From Phycisphaerae bacterium (GTDB lineage: Bacteria > Planctomycetota > Phycisphaerae > SM23-33): a DNA stretch of 64,000 bases. Both the position numbers and the translations under genes were made by a program. Shown in pieces: positions 18,233 through 28,729 of this stretch (position 1 is the stretch's first letter; each line of letters starts with the position of its first letter). Below the pieces are notes generated by a model. That model saw nothing but the letters and a program-made list of their open reading frames with translations. It had not been told where the DNA came from and ran no database searches. Where the stretch lies: assembly GCA_046541415.1 (NCBI GenBank), contig JBKHDI010000001.1, positions 32,657-96,656 of the forward strand, read 5' to 3'.

Positions 18233-19255
18233 ATGCCTCTAGTACCGATGCGAGTTCTGTTGGATCATGCGGCCGAGAATGACTACGGCATCGCAGCCCT
18301 GAACGTCAACAACATGGAGCAGATCCAGGCGATCATGGAAGCGGCAGTCGAGACCGATTCGCCGGTGATCATCCAGGCCAGCCGCGGCGCCCGCAGCTAC
18401 ACCAACGACAACTACCTCCGTCACCTGATGCTCGCAGCGGCCGAGCTGAACCCGAACATCCCCATCGTGATGCACCTGGACCACGGCAACAGCCCGGAGA
18501 CCTGCGCCAGCGCGATCGAGAACGGTTTCACCTCGGTGATGATGGACGGCTCGCTCTCGGCCGACGGCAAGACCCCGTCGACCTACGAATACAACGTCGA
18601 GGTGACCAAGAAGGTCGTCGAGCAGGCCCACGCAGAAGGCATCAGCGTCGAAGGCGAGATCGGTGCCCTGGGCGGCATCGAAGACGGCCACGGGGCCGGG
18701 CTGAGCGAAGAAGAAGCCCAGGAGCACCTGACCGACCCGGACCAGGCCGAGCAGTTCGTCGCCGACACCGGCGTGGACGCCCTGGCCGTGGCGATCGGTA
18801 CCAGTCACGGCGCGTACAAGTTCAAGAAGAAGCCCACCGGCGACGTGCTGAAGATGAGCCTGATCGAAGAGATCCACAAGCGTCTGCCCAATACACACCT
18901 GGTCATGCACGGCTCGTCCAGCGTCCCCCAGGAACTGCAGGACATCATCAACAAGTACGGCGGCGCCCTGAACCAGACCTACGGCGTGCCGGTCGAAGAG
19001 ATCCAGCGCGGCATCAAGCATGGCGTGCGCAAGATCAACGTCGACACCGACAACCGCCTGGCGATCACCGGTGCGATCCGCAAGGTCTTCTCGGAAAGCC
19101 CCGAGCAGTTCGACCCCCGCAAGTACATGGGCCCGGCCCGCGAAGCGATGAAAGAGGTCTGCAAGGCCCGCATGATCGCCTTCGGCCAGGCCGGCTGGGC
19201 GGGAAAGATCCCCTCCAAGACCTGCAAGGAAATGGTCGATTTCTACAAGGGCTGA
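18233..19255 (+). CDS. fba: class II fructose-bisphosphate aldolase
   Basis: Class II FBA motifs ([15 protein letters not shown], metal-binding His residues). 340 aa. Confidence 0.92.
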   Translation: MPLVPMRVLLDHAAENDYGIAALNVNNMEQIQAIMEAAVETDSPVIIQASRGARSYTNDNYLRHLMLAAAELNPNIPIVMHLDHGNSPETCASAIENGFTSVMMDGSLSADGKTPSTYEYNVEVTKKVVEQAHAEGISVEGEIGALGGIEDGHGAGLSEEEAQEHLTDPDQAEQFVADTGVDALAVAIGTSHGAYKFKKKPTGDVLKMSLIEEIHKRLPNTHLVMHGSSSVPQELQDIINKYGGALNQTYGVPVEEIQRGIKHGVRKINVDTDNRLAITGAIRKVFSESPEQFDPRKYMGPAREAMKEVCKARMIAFGQAGWAGKIPSKTCKEMVDFYKG

Positions 19256-19280
19256 GCCTCGACCGACAAGAAGCAATCCA

Positions 19281-19319
19281 GCGCAGAGAATCTTCAGATT
19301 CTCTGCGCTTTTCTTTTTG
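19281..19319 (+). terminator. rho-independent terminator (perfect 12-bp stem GCGCAGAGAATC/GATTCTCTGCGC, loop TTCA, TTTTCTTTTTG)
   Basis: Read directly downstream of fba stop. Confidence 0.8.
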
Positions 19320-19517
19320 CGCCGGATACAGGCTATATCAACGGATGTCCAATTGAATTGTCCCCCGCCGGACCGGAAGTGACGTTGCAGCCTCTGCAAA
19401 GGCCGGCGTTGAGGAAATTCTGCGTTTGTCAAGTCCTGCCAAACCAGTACAGTATTGTCAGGCCCTGCGGGCCGAGGAACGAGACACACAATGGCAGCCC
19501 GACTGCCGGGAGAAATC

Positions 19518-20543
19518 ATGCGTAAGTTGACCATCCTGACTTTGTTGATCCTTGCCTCGGCCACGCAGGGACGGCCTTTTATCCCCCCGGTGGGTTCCAT
19601 GCATGTGCCGATGGCCCTGGCAGAGGCCGAGTTGGTTTTCGTTGTCGATGGCGACGACGTCAAGAGCACCGAGACCGTTAAGCGGAATGTGCCCGTGCCC
19701 GGCAGTGTGGAGAACGGCGAACACAACTGCCAGACCTTCACCACCGACAAGATCGAGATCCTCGGCGGCAAGAGGGCCGAGGCGATGAAGGGCAAGACGC
19801 TGCAGTTCATCAGTCCCGCCATCTCGCAGGCCAACCGGCGAAACCGGCGACTCTACTTCCGCCCGGTCAGTTTCCGCCCCGGCCAGAAGTATCTGGTGGT
19901 GCTCCAGAAAATCGAGAACGTGGACGAGCTCTTTCTGCCTGTCGACGGCGTGCACTTCAGGCCCGCGAACGACCGGACCATCGCCGAAGCCAAGCTCATG
20001 GTCAACCCGGAACGCTGGTCCTGGGGCCGCAGCGACGACTCGGGGCTGCAGTTGGGCCTGATCATCCGTCAGCCCGAGGTGCGGATCTACAAAGTTGCCG
20101 GGCAGGACAGGCAATTCGCCAGTCTCAACGTCATGGTCATGCTCCGCAACACCGGAGACAAACCCGTCCGCCTGAGCCTGCATCCGGACCAGAAGCCGAT
20201 CAAGCTGCTGGCCATGGATGATGAGGGCACCGTAGTCGAGGCATCGCCCTATGCGGGCAAGAAACAGATCTCCCTGGCTTACGGTTCGGTCCTGCCGAAG
20301 TACATCCAGCACGAACTGGCTCCCGGCGAGTTCACCTGCCTGGGCCCCATGGGCCTCTCGCCGTACGGCATGGCCGTGCAGATCCCCGTCAAGGCGGGCA
20401 AGTGGAAGCTCTTCGCCATCTTCGACGGCAAGGATACCGACGGCGGCAGGCTGTGGACCGGCGAGATCCGCTCGCAGGGCGTGGATATCCAGGCCAGCGA
20501 GGGAGTCAGGCCCATCAGGCCCATCCTGCGCCAAGCCGAGTAG
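19518..20543 (+). CDS. hypothetical secreted protein (signal peptide MRKLTILTLLILASATQG)
   Basis: Coherent ORF with signal peptide. No recognisable domain. Confidence 0.55.
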   Translation: MRKLTILTLLILASATQGRPFIPPVGSMHVPMALAEAELVFVVDGDDVKSTETVKRNVPVPGSVENGEHNCQTFTTDKIEILGGKRAEAMKGKTLQFISPAISQANRRNRRLYFRPVSFRPGQKYLVVLQKIENVDELFLPVDGVHFRPANDRTIAEAKLMVNPERWSWGRSDDSGLQLGLIIRQPEVRIYKVAGQDRQFASLNVMVMLRNTGDKPVRLSLHPDQKPIKLLAMDDEGTVVEASPYAGKKQISLAYGSVLPKYIQHELAPGEFTCLGPMGLSPYGMAVQIPVKAGKWKLFAIFDGKDTDGGRLWTGEIRSQGVDIQASEGVRPIRPILRQAE

Positions 20544-20634
20544 TTTCCTCGCAGACCGCGGCTGCTGGTTCCGAACTGTTCCATGTCGGCCTGCAGAGTT
20601 CCGCGCCAACCCCGGACCGTCTGAGAGTAGTCGG

Positions 20635-22146
20635 ATGAGTTTGTCGAAAATCCTGTTATCTGCCTTTGCCGCTGCCCTCGTCGTCGGCTGTGTCGGTCAG
20701 CCATATCCGGCGCCGCCGAGAACGGTCCGCCAACTCCAGGCCGACCAGCGCCGCCGGGCCGGCGGGTACCCAGCCCACACGGTCCTGCTGCACAACGCCC
20801 AGCGCGTGCTCGATCCAGCCCTGCCGACGGCAGGCCGCGTCGAGTCCGTCGAAGTGCTCAAGGCGATGACGGTCAACCAGCGCGAGATTCTCGCGCAGTT
20901 GGCCTCGCTGCTGGAAGACGAAAAGACGCCCGATCCTCTGCGGAAGGCCGTGCTGGACCTGCTGATCAGCCAGGATTACCCGGGCCTGGCCGGCCACATC
21001 GTCAATATCCTCCCGAAGCTCGATCCGTCCGGGCCCATGCGCAAGAACCTGCTGGACTGGCTGGCCCGTCATGGCGAACCCAGCGTACTGGCAGAAGTCG
21101 TCCAGGCCTGGGCCCGCCAGGAAGGGCCCGACTCCCCGGCCGAGCAGGGCTACAGGAACCTGGTGGCCCGACTCTCGAAGATCAGCTGGGACGAGGCCCT
21201 GCTCGGTGCGATCAACGACGAGGGCTTCCTGGCCAAGGGCTCGGCCCTGGAGATCCTCGCCGACCGCATCCACCCCAGTCAACTGGCTGGGCGCATCCGA
21301 CGCCTGCCCTCCAGGACCCAGGCGGTGGCCGCAATGCAGGCATTTGACAAGATGTTCGACTACCTGCCCCACACGGCTGAGCAGCTCCTGGCGGTCGCCC
21401 AGTTGCACCTGTCTCACAGGGCCGCGATGGACGACGCCCGGAAACTCTACCTGAAGTGGAAGCAGCGGGACGGCTACCAGTTCGCCATCGAGGACTTTCA
21501 CCTGCTGGCCCACCTGGCGACCGATCCGCTGCGCCCCGACGCGCCGCGCGACCAAGTGCTGCTCAGCCTCGGCCAGGCCACCCGCGGGCGGAAACACGTT
21601 TCCCACCTGCCGGACAGCCGTGGCAAGGAGGTCGAAAACAACTTCTGGCAGGACGCCGAAGGTCTCAGCACGGCCGAGGTCTGGACGCTCTACCTGCTCA
21701 ACGAGCTGCTGAGCAACCCGGTCAACCAGGCCCAACTGTACCTGACGGCACGCGACGACTGGCGCGACAAGCAGCAGGTCTACGGCGGGCTGATCCGCTA
21801 CGTCCACGGCCGGGCCGCCACACGCGACGTGCGACGAGGCTCGGCAGGGGGAGCCATCGCCTACCGCTACCCCAACCAGCCCGACGCGCGGAACAACGCC
21901 ATCTACGTTCCCGACAGCCAGGCCCAACGCGACGCGCGCGACAGCCTCTGCTGGTACTTTCCCAACTTCCAGGAGATGAACAACGCCCACCGTGCAGGGC
22001 CCGATAAGTCGCTGCTGGAGACAGCCCGCCAGCACGGCAGGCGCGGATTGGTGGTCACGTCCCTGAACGGCCAGCGCTTCTCAGCGCATTACTTCACGCT
22101 GGACGGGAAGGTCATCTCGCTGGGCGTCTTGCCGTTCCGACGCTAA
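20635..22146 (+). CDS. hypothetical lipoprotein (lipobox LVVGC), helical-repeat-like
   Basis: ATG 20635, lipoprotein signal MSLSKILLSAFAAALVVGC, 503 aa. Track ORF starts earlier (20251) in unlikely Arg/Ser-rich extension. Confidence 0.55.
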   Translation: MSLSKILLSAFAAALVVGCVGQPYPAPPRTVRQLQADQRRRAGGYPAHTVLLHNAQRVLDPALPTAGRVESVEVLKAMTVNQREILAQLASLLEDEKTPDPLRKAVLDLLISQDYPGLAGHIVNILPKLDPSGPMRKNLLDWLARHGEPSVLAEVVQAWARQEGPDSPAEQGYRNLVARLSKISWDEALLGAINDEGFLAKGSALEILADRIHPSQLAGRIRRLPSRTQAVAAMQAFDKMFDYLPHTAEQLLAVAQLHLSHRAAMDDARKLYLKWKQRDGYQFAIEDFHLLAHLATDPLRPDAPRDQVLLSLGQATRGRKHVSHLPDSRGKEVENNFWQDAEGLSTAEVWTLYLLNELLSNPVNQAQLYLTARDDWRDKQQVYGGLIRYVHGRAATRDVRRGSAGGAIAYRYPNQPDARNNAIYVPDSQAQRDARDSLCWYFPNFQEMNNAHRAGPDKSLLETARQHGRRGLVVTSLNGQRFSAHYFTLDGKVISLGVLPFRR

Positions 22147-22745
22147 CCGTGTTTGCGGAGGACGCGTTCGATCGCGTCATATTCGGCCCGGAACTCTTCG
22201 AGCTTCCGGCGGATCTCGTTGGCTTCGTCGGCATCGGCCTGGCCGATGAGGTCCTCATCCGACAGGAAAGACTCGAGCATGCGGATCTTCTCGCCGACGT
22301 AGTCCCGCCGGCGTCGCAACAGTTCGAGGCGTTCCTCGGCGGTGGTCGGTTCGTTCAGCACGTTGCGGAAGACCTGCTCGGAGACGTAGAAGGGCACGTC
22401 CATGCCGACGCCCAGTGCGATTGCGTCGGAGGGCCTGGCATCGACTTCCACCAGCCGACCGTTCTGGCGAATGTACAGCGTTGCGAAAAACGTCGCATCG
22501 CGCAGATCGCTGACTACAACCTTCTCCACCTCGCCGCCCATCTGTTCGATGACATTGGCCAGCAGTTGGTGGGTCAGTGGGCGGGGTGTCTGAATGCCCT
22601 TGATCCGGCGGTCGATGGCCAGGGCCTCGGCAATGCCGATCATGATCGGGAAGCTCCGCTGGCCGTCCTTTTCCTTCAGGAAGATCACCTGCTCTTCGCC
22701 AAGCTCGGTGATCAGGATCCTGGATAGCTCAACCGGTACGTCCAT
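22143..22745 (-). CDS. bifunctional nuclease family protein (DUF151/BFN domain) with C-terminal UVR motif
   Basis: BFN core (FPIMIGIAEALAIDRRIKGIQTPRPLTHQLL) and C-terminal UvrB/UvrC-like helix. Convergent 4-nt overlap with upstream lipoprotein. Confidence 0.65.
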   Translation of the reverse strand: MDVPVELSRILITELGEEQVIFLKEKDGQRSFPIMIGIAEALAIDRRIKGIQTPRPLTHQLLANVIEQMGGEVEKVVVSDLRDATFFATLYIRQNGRLVEVDARPSDAIALGVGMDVPFYVSEQVFRNVLNEPTTAEERLELLRRRRDYVGEKIRMLESFLSDEDLIGQADADEANEIRRKLEEFRAEYDAIERVLRKHG

Positions 22746-22827
22746 GGCCTGGCCTTTCCCTTCGGGATGAATATGCGACTACTGCATTGTACGCGCCCAA
22801 AGTCGAGGACCGCAAGGATCGCGATGC

Positions 22828-25776
22828 TCAGGCGAGGCTTTCCAGGGACGCGTTGACCTGCTCGAGTTCGGCCTGCAGCTGGTCAAGCCGGTCGCGCTCG
22901 CGCTGGACCACCTCGGCCGGGGCTCGGTTGACGAAGTTCTCGTTGGCCAGCTTGCCGCGGACACCTTCGATCCCGTCGCTGAGCGTCTGGGCCTGCTTGG
23001 TCAGTCGCATTTTCTCGGCCTCGACGTCGATAATCCCCAGCAGGTAGGCCTTGATCGATCCGGTCGAGACGGCTGCAGCCCCCGAGGGCTGTTCGACGTG
23101 CTCATCGGCCAAAGAAGTCTCTCCCAGCACGGCGATGGACTGGAGCATCTCCAGGTTGGCTTCGATGACGCTGCGCGGCGGACCCTCGGCGAGGAAGATT
23201 GCATCGATCGGCTGTCGCGGCGGGACGTTGTGCGTGCCGCGGACGTTGCGGATTTCCCGGACGAGGTTGGCGAGCATCTCGAAGTCCTTCTCGGCCGTGG
23301 CGTCGATGGCGTCCTGGTCGATCTGGGGCCAGGGGGCCCGGACCAGCAGAGCCGAGGCCTCCTGCCCGCCGGGGCCTCGCGTGGCAACCTGCTGGTTAAG
23401 CCTCTGCCAGATCGCCTCGGTCAGGTAGGGCGCCACCGGGTGCAGCAGGCGGAGGATCACGTCGAGGCACCAGGCGAGCACGGCCCGGGGCTGGTCCTGG
23501 CCGGCGTTGATGCGTCCCTTGGCGATTTCCAGGTACCAGTCGCAGAACTCGTCCCAGACGAAGTGGTAGAGCAGATCGGCCACGGCGTTGTACTGGTAGG
23601 TATCGACCGCGCGGGTCAGCTCGTGGATGGTGCGATTCAGGCGGCTGAGTACCCACCGATCGGCCAGGCTGGCCGAGGCGTCAATCGACTCGAAGGCCGG
23701 CACGGAATCGCCCAGGTTCAGCATCGCAAACCGCGAGGCGTTCCAGAGCTTGTTGCAGAAGTTCCGCCCGATGTCGAACTTCTCGGAGCTGTTGACCTCG
23801 CGTCCGTCGGGCAGGGTGATGGCCTTGACGGGCATGCGGACGTCCTGGGTCTGCGTGGTCATCGAGCAGAGGGTAAACCGCATCGCGTCGGCACCGTGGG
23901 AGTCGATGACCACCAGCGGGTCGATGCCGTTGCCCAGCGTCTTGGACATTTTGCGGCCCTGGCCGTCCTGGATCATCGCGTGAATGAACACGTCGGAGAA
24001 GGGGATATCGCCCAGGCAATACTGGCCCATCATGACCATCCGGCTGACCCAGAGTGTGATGATCTCGCGGGCGGTGCAGAGCACGTTGCCTGGATACCAC
24101 GTCTTCAGCGCGTCGGTCTGCTCGGGCCAGCCCAGCGTGCTGAACGGCCAGAGTGCCGAGGAAAACCATGTGTCCAGCACGTCGGGGTCTCTCTGGAAAC
24201 CTTGTTTTTCGAAATACTCTTCTGCTCTTACGTCATTGGGCCCAACACACAGATACCAGAACGTTTCACCATCTTCACTTCCTTGAACAACAGGATATTT
24301 CCCGATGGGGAACTCGACCCAGGCCACAGTACCACTGTCAATGGAATCAATCTTTACGCCCGAAACAGGAACCTTCGCCTTCCAGATGGGGATCTGGTGG
24401 CCCCACCAGAGCTGGCGGCTGATGGGCCAGTCGCGGAGGTTTTCCAGCCAGGTTCGATAGTTGTTGCTGTAGCGCTCGGGGATGAATCGCAGTTCACCGT
24501 CCAGCAGGGGCCTCAGGGCCAGACCTGCCAGCGAGTTGTTCGGAACGTCGGTCCCTTCGATCAGGCCGGTGTCGTCGAGTTTCTCGATCGGCTGTTTGAC
24601 GGCCACGTACCACTGGTCCGACAGGTAGGGCTCGATCGGCACGTGCGAGCGGTAGCTGTGTCCGACTTCGTGTGTGTAGTCGACGACCTTCTCCAGCAGG
24701 TCCTCGCTGCGGAACCACTCGACAATGGCCGCCCGCGCCTCGAACCGGTCCATGCCCAGGAACTGTTCGGCGTCGCTGCCGGCTGCGTCCGGCCAGCCGT
24801 ACTGGTCGCTGATCGACCCGTCCGGGGCCATCACGTTGATGATCTCCAGGTCGTGTCGCTGGCCGATCAGCCAGTCGTTCGGGTCGTGGGCGGGGGTGAC
24901 CTTCAGGAACCCTGTCGAGAACCGCGCCTTCTCGTCCTCGGCCTCCGGATCGGGCAGGACCACGTGGTCGTCCAGGACGATCGGAATCTCCCGGCCGACC
25001 AGCGGCAGGCGGACCATCTTGCCGCCCAGCGCCTCGGCCCGCGGGTCGGAGGGGTTCATTGCCACGGCGGTGTCGCCGAGCATCGTTTCCGGCCGCGTCG
25101 TGGCCACGGTGACGTGGCTGACCGTCCGACCATCGATTTCCACCGGCTCGACCAGCGGGTACATCAGATACCAGAAGTGTCCGTCGACGCTCTCGTGTTC
25201 GACTTCGTCGTCGGCCAGGACGGTCTGCGTGGCCGGGTCCCAGTTGACCAGCCGCTTGCCGCGATAGATCAACCCGTCTGCAAAGAGGCGGAAGAAGACT
25301 TCCCGGACGGCCCGGGCGCAGATCTCATCCATGGTGAACCGCGTCCGTCGCCAGTCGCAGCTGCAGCCCATCTTCTTGAGCTGGTTGAGGATCGTCGCCT
25401 CGTATTCGTCCTTCCAGGCCTGAATCCGGTCGACGAACTCATCGCGCTGGAAGTCGACGCGTTTGCGACCTTCCTCGGCAAGGATTCGCTTTTCCACGAC
25501 GGTCTGGGTGGCGATGCCCGCGTGGTCGGTACCCGGCATCCAGAGGGCGTTGAGCCCGGCCATGCGCTTATAGCGGATCAGTACGTCCTGCAGCGTGTTG
25601 TTCAGGGCGTGGCCCAGGTGCAGGGCGGCGGTGACATTCGGCGGGGGAATGACGATGCAGAATCCGTTACTGCCATCCGACGGCTCGGCGTCGAAGGCTC
25701 CGGATTCATGCCACAGCCTGTAGATATCGCTCTCGACGCTGAGGGGGTCGTAGGTCTTGGCCAGTTCGGTGGTCAT
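22828..25776 (-). CDS. valS: valine--tRNA ligase
   Basis: HIGH motif (PPPNVTAALHLGHALNNTLQD), KMSKTLGN motif, editing domain, C-terminal coiled coil. 982 aa. Confidence 0.95.
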   Translation of the reverse strand: MTTELAKTYDPLSVESDIYRLWHESGAFDAEPSDGSNGFCIVIPPPNVTAALHLGHALNNTLQDVLIRYKRMAGLNALWMPGTDHAGIATQTVVEKRILAEEGRKRVDFQRDEFVDRIQAWKDEYEATILNQLKKMGCSCDWRRTRFTMDEICARAVREVFFRLFADGLIYRGKRLVNWDPATQTVLADDEVEHESVDGHFWYLMYPLVEPVEIDGRTVSHVTVATTRPETMLGDTAVAMNPSDPRAEALGGKMVRLPLVGREIPIVLDDHVVLPDPEAEDEKARFSTGFLKVTPAHDPNDWLIGQRHDLEIINVMAPDGSISDQYGWPDAAGSDAEQFLGMDRFEARAAIVEWFRSEDLLEKVVDYTHEVGHSYRSHVPIEPYLSDQWYVAVKQPIEKLDDTGLIEGTDVPNNSLAGLALRPLLDGELRFIPERYSNNYRTWLENLRDWPISRQLWWGHQIPIWKAKVPVSGVKIDSIDSGTVAWVEFPIGKYPVVQGSEDGETFWYLCVGPNDVRAEEYFEKQGFQRDPDVLDTWFSSALWPFSTLGWPEQTDALKTWYPGNVLCTAREIITLWVSRMVMMGQYCLGDIPFSDVFIHAMIQDGQGRKMSKTLGNGIDPLVVIDSHGADAMRFTLCSMTTQTQDVRMPVKAITLPDGREVNSSEKFDIGRNFCNKLWNASRFAMLNLGDSVPAFESIDASASLADRWVLSRLNRTIHELTRAVDTYQYNAVADLLYHFVWDEFCDWYLEIAKGRINAGQDQPRAVLAWCLDVILRLLHPVAPYLTEAIWQRLNQQVATRGPGGQEASALLVRAPWPQIDQDAIDATAEKDFEMLANLVREIRNVRGTHNVPPRQPIDAIFLAEGPPRSVIEANLEMLQSIAVLGETSLADEHVEQPSGAAAVSTGSIKAYLLGIIDVEAEKMRLTKQAQTLSDGIEGVRGKLANENFVNRAPAEVVQRERDRLDQLQAELEQVNASLESLA

Positions 25777-25802
25777 AGCAGTGTCTCGGTCGCAGGGACT
25801 TC

Positions 25803-27401
25803 TCAGTCGTTGGTTTCATTGGAGAGAATCAAGAATTCGATCGCATCGACCAGGGCCTTCCAGGACGCGTCGATGATATTGTCACTGACGCCGACGGTCC
25901 CGAAGAACGCCTTGCCCTCCTCGTCGTGCCATTCGATCACAACGCGGACTTTCGCAGCCGTCTCGGCGGCGGTGTTGACCACGCGAACCTTGTAGTCGGC
26001 CAGGTGCAGCTTGCCCAGGGCCGGGAAGTGGTCCGCCAGGGCGGCCGCCAGGGCCCGGTAGAGCGAGTCGACGGGACCTTCGCCTTCGGAGACGGTGTGC
26101 TCGATCTTGCCGTTGACCTCGATCTTCACCGTCGCCTCGGTATTCGGCTCGCCCCCGTCGCGACGCAGGATCGTGCAGCGGTAGTGGTCCAGCTTCCAGA
26201 GTTGGCGATACCAGTCGCCGCCGAGGGTCCGGCGGATGAGCATCTCGAAGCTGCCCTCGGCCGCCTCGAACTGGTAGCCCTGGTTCTCCAGTTCCATCAC
26301 GGCCCGGAGTACCTTGCGCTGGGCTTCCTTGTCGTCGCCGATGTGGAACTTCTCCGGCGCCGCAGCCGAGATGTTGCTGACGCCCGACAATTCGGAAACA
26401 AGGACGCGCCTGCTGTTGCCCACCAGCGACGGGTCCATGTGCTCATAGGAATGCACGTTCCGCTGGACGGCGTGGACGTGCATGCCGCCCTTGTGGGCAA
26501 AGGCAGCCAGGCCCACAAAGGGCTGATTGTCGCGGAAGTTCATGTTGGCTACTTCGTATACGAAGCGGCTGATCTCGGTCAGGTGCGACAGGGCGCCATC
26601 GGCCAGGACGTCGTAATCGTATTTCAAGGCCAGGTTGGCTGCCACGGCTGTCAGGTCCGCATTGCCGCATCGCTCGCCGATGCCGTTGATCGTTCCTTGC
26701 ACGTGGTGGGCACCGTGGCGGACGGCGACGATCGAATTGGCCGTGGCCAGGTCGCCGTCGTTATGGCAGTGGATGCCGATCTTCGCATCGGGCAAGGCGT
26801 TCTTCAGGGCCTCGATCGCCTCGGCGACGGTTTCCGGCAGGGATCCGCCGTTGGTATCGCAGAGGACCAGTCGCCCGGCCCCGGCCTCGTGGGCGGCACG
26901 CAGGGTCCGGATCGCGTACTCGGGATTGGCCTTGTAGCCGTCGAAGAAGTGCTCGGCGTCGTAGATCATCTCACGGTCGTGGTCGACCATGAGCTTCACC
27001 GAGTCGGCGATCATCGCCAGGTTTTCCTCTTCGCTGACGCGGAGGACTTCATGTACGTGCAGGTCCCAGGTCTTGCCGACGATGGTCACGACGGGCGCCT
27101 CGCTGGCCAGCAGGGCCTTCATACCCGTATCGTCGGCTGCGGCGATGTTCTTGCGCCGCGTCATGCCGAAGGCGGTGATCTTCGCGTGGGCGAAGTCCTT
27201 CCTGGCTGCCTGTCTGAAGAAGGCTTCGTCCTTGGGGTTGCTCAGCGGATAGCCGCCCTCGATGTAGTCGACCCCGAGCTTGTCCAGCTCGGCGGCGATC
27301 AGGAGTTTGTCTTCCAGCGAGAGGCTCACGCCAAGGGCCTGCGTGCCGTCACGCAGGGTGGTGTCATAGATTTCAACGCGTTGTTTCTGTGTGGTGTTCA
27401 T
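25803..27401 (-). CDS. citramalate synthase / 2-isopropylmalate synthase family (CimA/LeuA type, with LeuA-dimer C-terminal domain)
   Basis: HMGL-like TIM barrel (EIYDTTLRDGTQ, HCHNDGDLATANS) plus regulatory C-terminal domain. 532 aa. Confidence 0.85.
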   Translation of the reverse strand: MNTTQKQRVEIYDTTLRDGTQALGVSLSLEDKLLIAAELDKLGVDYIEGGYPLSNPKDEAFFRQAARKDFAHAKITAFGMTRRKNIAAADDTGMKALLASEAPVVTIVGKTWDLHVHEVLRVSEEENLAMIADSVKLMVDHDREMIYDAEHFFDGYKANPEYAIRTLRAAHEAGAGRLVLCDTNGGSLPETVAEAIEALKNALPDAKIGIHCHNDGDLATANSIVAVRHGAHHVQGTINGIGERCGNADLTAVAANLALKYDYDVLADGALSHLTEISRFVYEVANMNFRDNQPFVGLAAFAHKGGMHVHAVQRNVHSYEHMDPSLVGNSRRVLVSELSGVSNISAAAPEKFHIGDDKEAQRKVLRAVMELENQGYQFEAAEGSFEMLIRRTLGGDWYRQLWKLDHYRCTILRRDGGEPNTEATVKIEVNGKIEHTVSEGEGPVDSLYRALAAALADHFPALGKLHLADYKVRVVNTAAETAAKVRVVIEWHDEEGKAFFGTVGVSDNIIDASWKALVDAIEFLILSNETND

Positions 27402-27451
27402 GGGTCTGGCCCGTAAGGTTCAGGGGAGTTGAGTCGGGGCGATCAGGGAAT

Positions 27452-27485
27452 GAAAAAGCCCTGAAGACATTCAGCGCTCCAGGGC
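27452..27485 (-). terminator. terminator-like hairpin (GCCCTG-N16-CAGGGC + TTTTTC on minus strand) inside 5' leader of cimA/leuA-type gene, 50-85 nt upstream of its start
   Basis: Read directly. Candidate attenuator. Confidence 0.35.
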
Positions 27486-27776
27486 TTGTCGGAATCTGGC
27501 ATGTCGGCCCGACTCGCCTCAAAGCGCACAGCGTACTACTGCTACGGAGGAAATAATACCGGCGCGGACAGCATCCGTGCCCGCCTGGCGGGCCGAATCG
27601 AGCATCGTGCTGCAGGCTGCTGTCCGCATGGGTTCCTCGTGCTGTGCGTAAAAAGCAAGTCCAACAAGGATTATATCGCCCGGGCGGGGAGTGTCAATCG
27701 AGGCTTTCGGTGTTTTTGCCCTCCACGTTCTGCCCGGGTTGTCTATCATAGCCTTCTCAGCCAAGCGGGAGCGGAT

Positions 27777-28136
27777 ATGTCCGGAGAAAAAGAACAGTTC
27801 ATCAGCCAGCCCATCCGTCCGGTGGGCGAGAAACTCGGAACGGCCATGATGGCCATCGGCGAGCCGGCCCTGCCGGAGGCCTTCGTCTTCCGAGGCCGGG
27901 AGTACCGCATCGAGACCATCCAGGCCAGCTGGAAGACCTCCGCCCGGGAAGGGCACAGCCGCACGGGGGAACTGTACCTGCGGCGACACTGGTACCGCGT
28001 GGCGTGCGAAGACGGCTCGATCGCGACGATCTACTGCGACCGCCAGGCCCGCAACCGCAACAAGCCAGGCCAGCGATGGTTCGTCTACTCGGCCTGCTGG
28101 GCCTCGACAGCCCCGGGAACCGAATCGATCGACTGA
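27777..28136 (+). CDS. hypothetical protein (119 aa)
   Basis: ORF from ATG 27777. Convergently overlaps 3' end of next gene by ~50 nt, so extent uncertain. Confidence 0.35.
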   Translation: MSGEKEQFISQPIRPVGEKLGTAMMAIGEPALPEAFVFRGREYRIETIQASWKTSAREGHSRTGELYLRRHWYRVACEDGSIATIYCDRQARNRNKPGQRWFVYSACWASTAPGTESID

Positions 28137-28729
28137 CGCAGGTCGGGCCAGGTCAGGTCGTCGCCGGTCTGCATCTTCCCGTCAGGCCCGGCGCTGGTCA
28201 GCAGGGCGGCGAGGTAGGTTCGGCCATCCTGGCTGATCCGCACGATCTCGTAGCCGATGGCGCTGCCCCACGGATCCTGCAGATCGGTCGGGCTGAGCAC
28301 AGGTGACCAGTTGGCGGAACTGCCCGGCGCGGGAATCCGGGTCAGCACGGCCAGGCCTTCCGGGCCGCTGGGGTACCGCCCGACGATGCTGTGGTAGCGG
28401 ATCAGTTCTTTGTGGATCTTGGCCATCGTCGCCATCGCCAGCTTGGTCTTCAGCCCATTCTCGGCGGCAGAATCCCCGTCACCGGGGCGGAGCGGCAGAG
28501 ACAGCGGCGAATCCGTCTGCCGCTGCTCTTCGACCACATCGAAGCGATCGGCCAACTCGCGATGGGATTCGCTCTTTCTCTCGATCGGGCTGGGGGCCGC
28601 TTCATCAGGGTCCCGATCCGAGGATTCGCGCGGTTCGTAGGGAACCGGTTCAGCGGGCGGTTGGTCCTTGCAGCCGCTTTGCGACAGGAGGGCGACAGAT
28701 AGGGTGCAGACGGCCAGGAGTCTCATCAT
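28085..28729 (-). CDS. lipoprotein with type II secretion pseudopilin G (GspG) C-terminal-like domain
   Basis: Lipoprotein signal MMRLLAVCTLSVALLSQSGC. C-terminal GspG-like motif (YPSGPEGLAVL...DPWGSAIGYEI...DG..Y.L...G.DG). No prepilin GFT(L/I)xE leader. Start ATG overlaps DJ-1 stop (ATGA). Confidence 0.55.
   Translation of the reverse strand: MMRLLAVCTLSVALLSQSGCKDQPPAEPVPYEPRESSDRDPDEAAPSPIERKSESHRELADRFDVVEEQRQTDSPLSLPLRPGDGDSAAENGLKTKLAMATMAKIHKELIRYHSIVGRYPSGPEGLAVLTRIPAPGSSANWSPVLSPTDLQDPWGSAIGYEIVRISQDGRTYLAALLTSAGPDGKMQTGDDLTWPDLRQSIDSVPGAVEAQQAE

Noticed and set aside
18239-19834. 531-aa minus-strand ORF across fba and its terminator
   Set aside because: Antisense to a highly conserved fba. 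Spans an intrinsic terminator, which would be implausible for a coding region.
23098-25995. 965-aa plus-strand ORF antisense to valS
   Set aside because: Shadow of valS, which has unambiguous HIGH/KMSKS motifs.
27486-27776. track ORF 27486..28136 N-terminal 97 residues (Cys/Arg/Gly-rich)
   Set aside because: Unlikely coding. Region better explained as structured leader. Gene start moved to ATG 27777.
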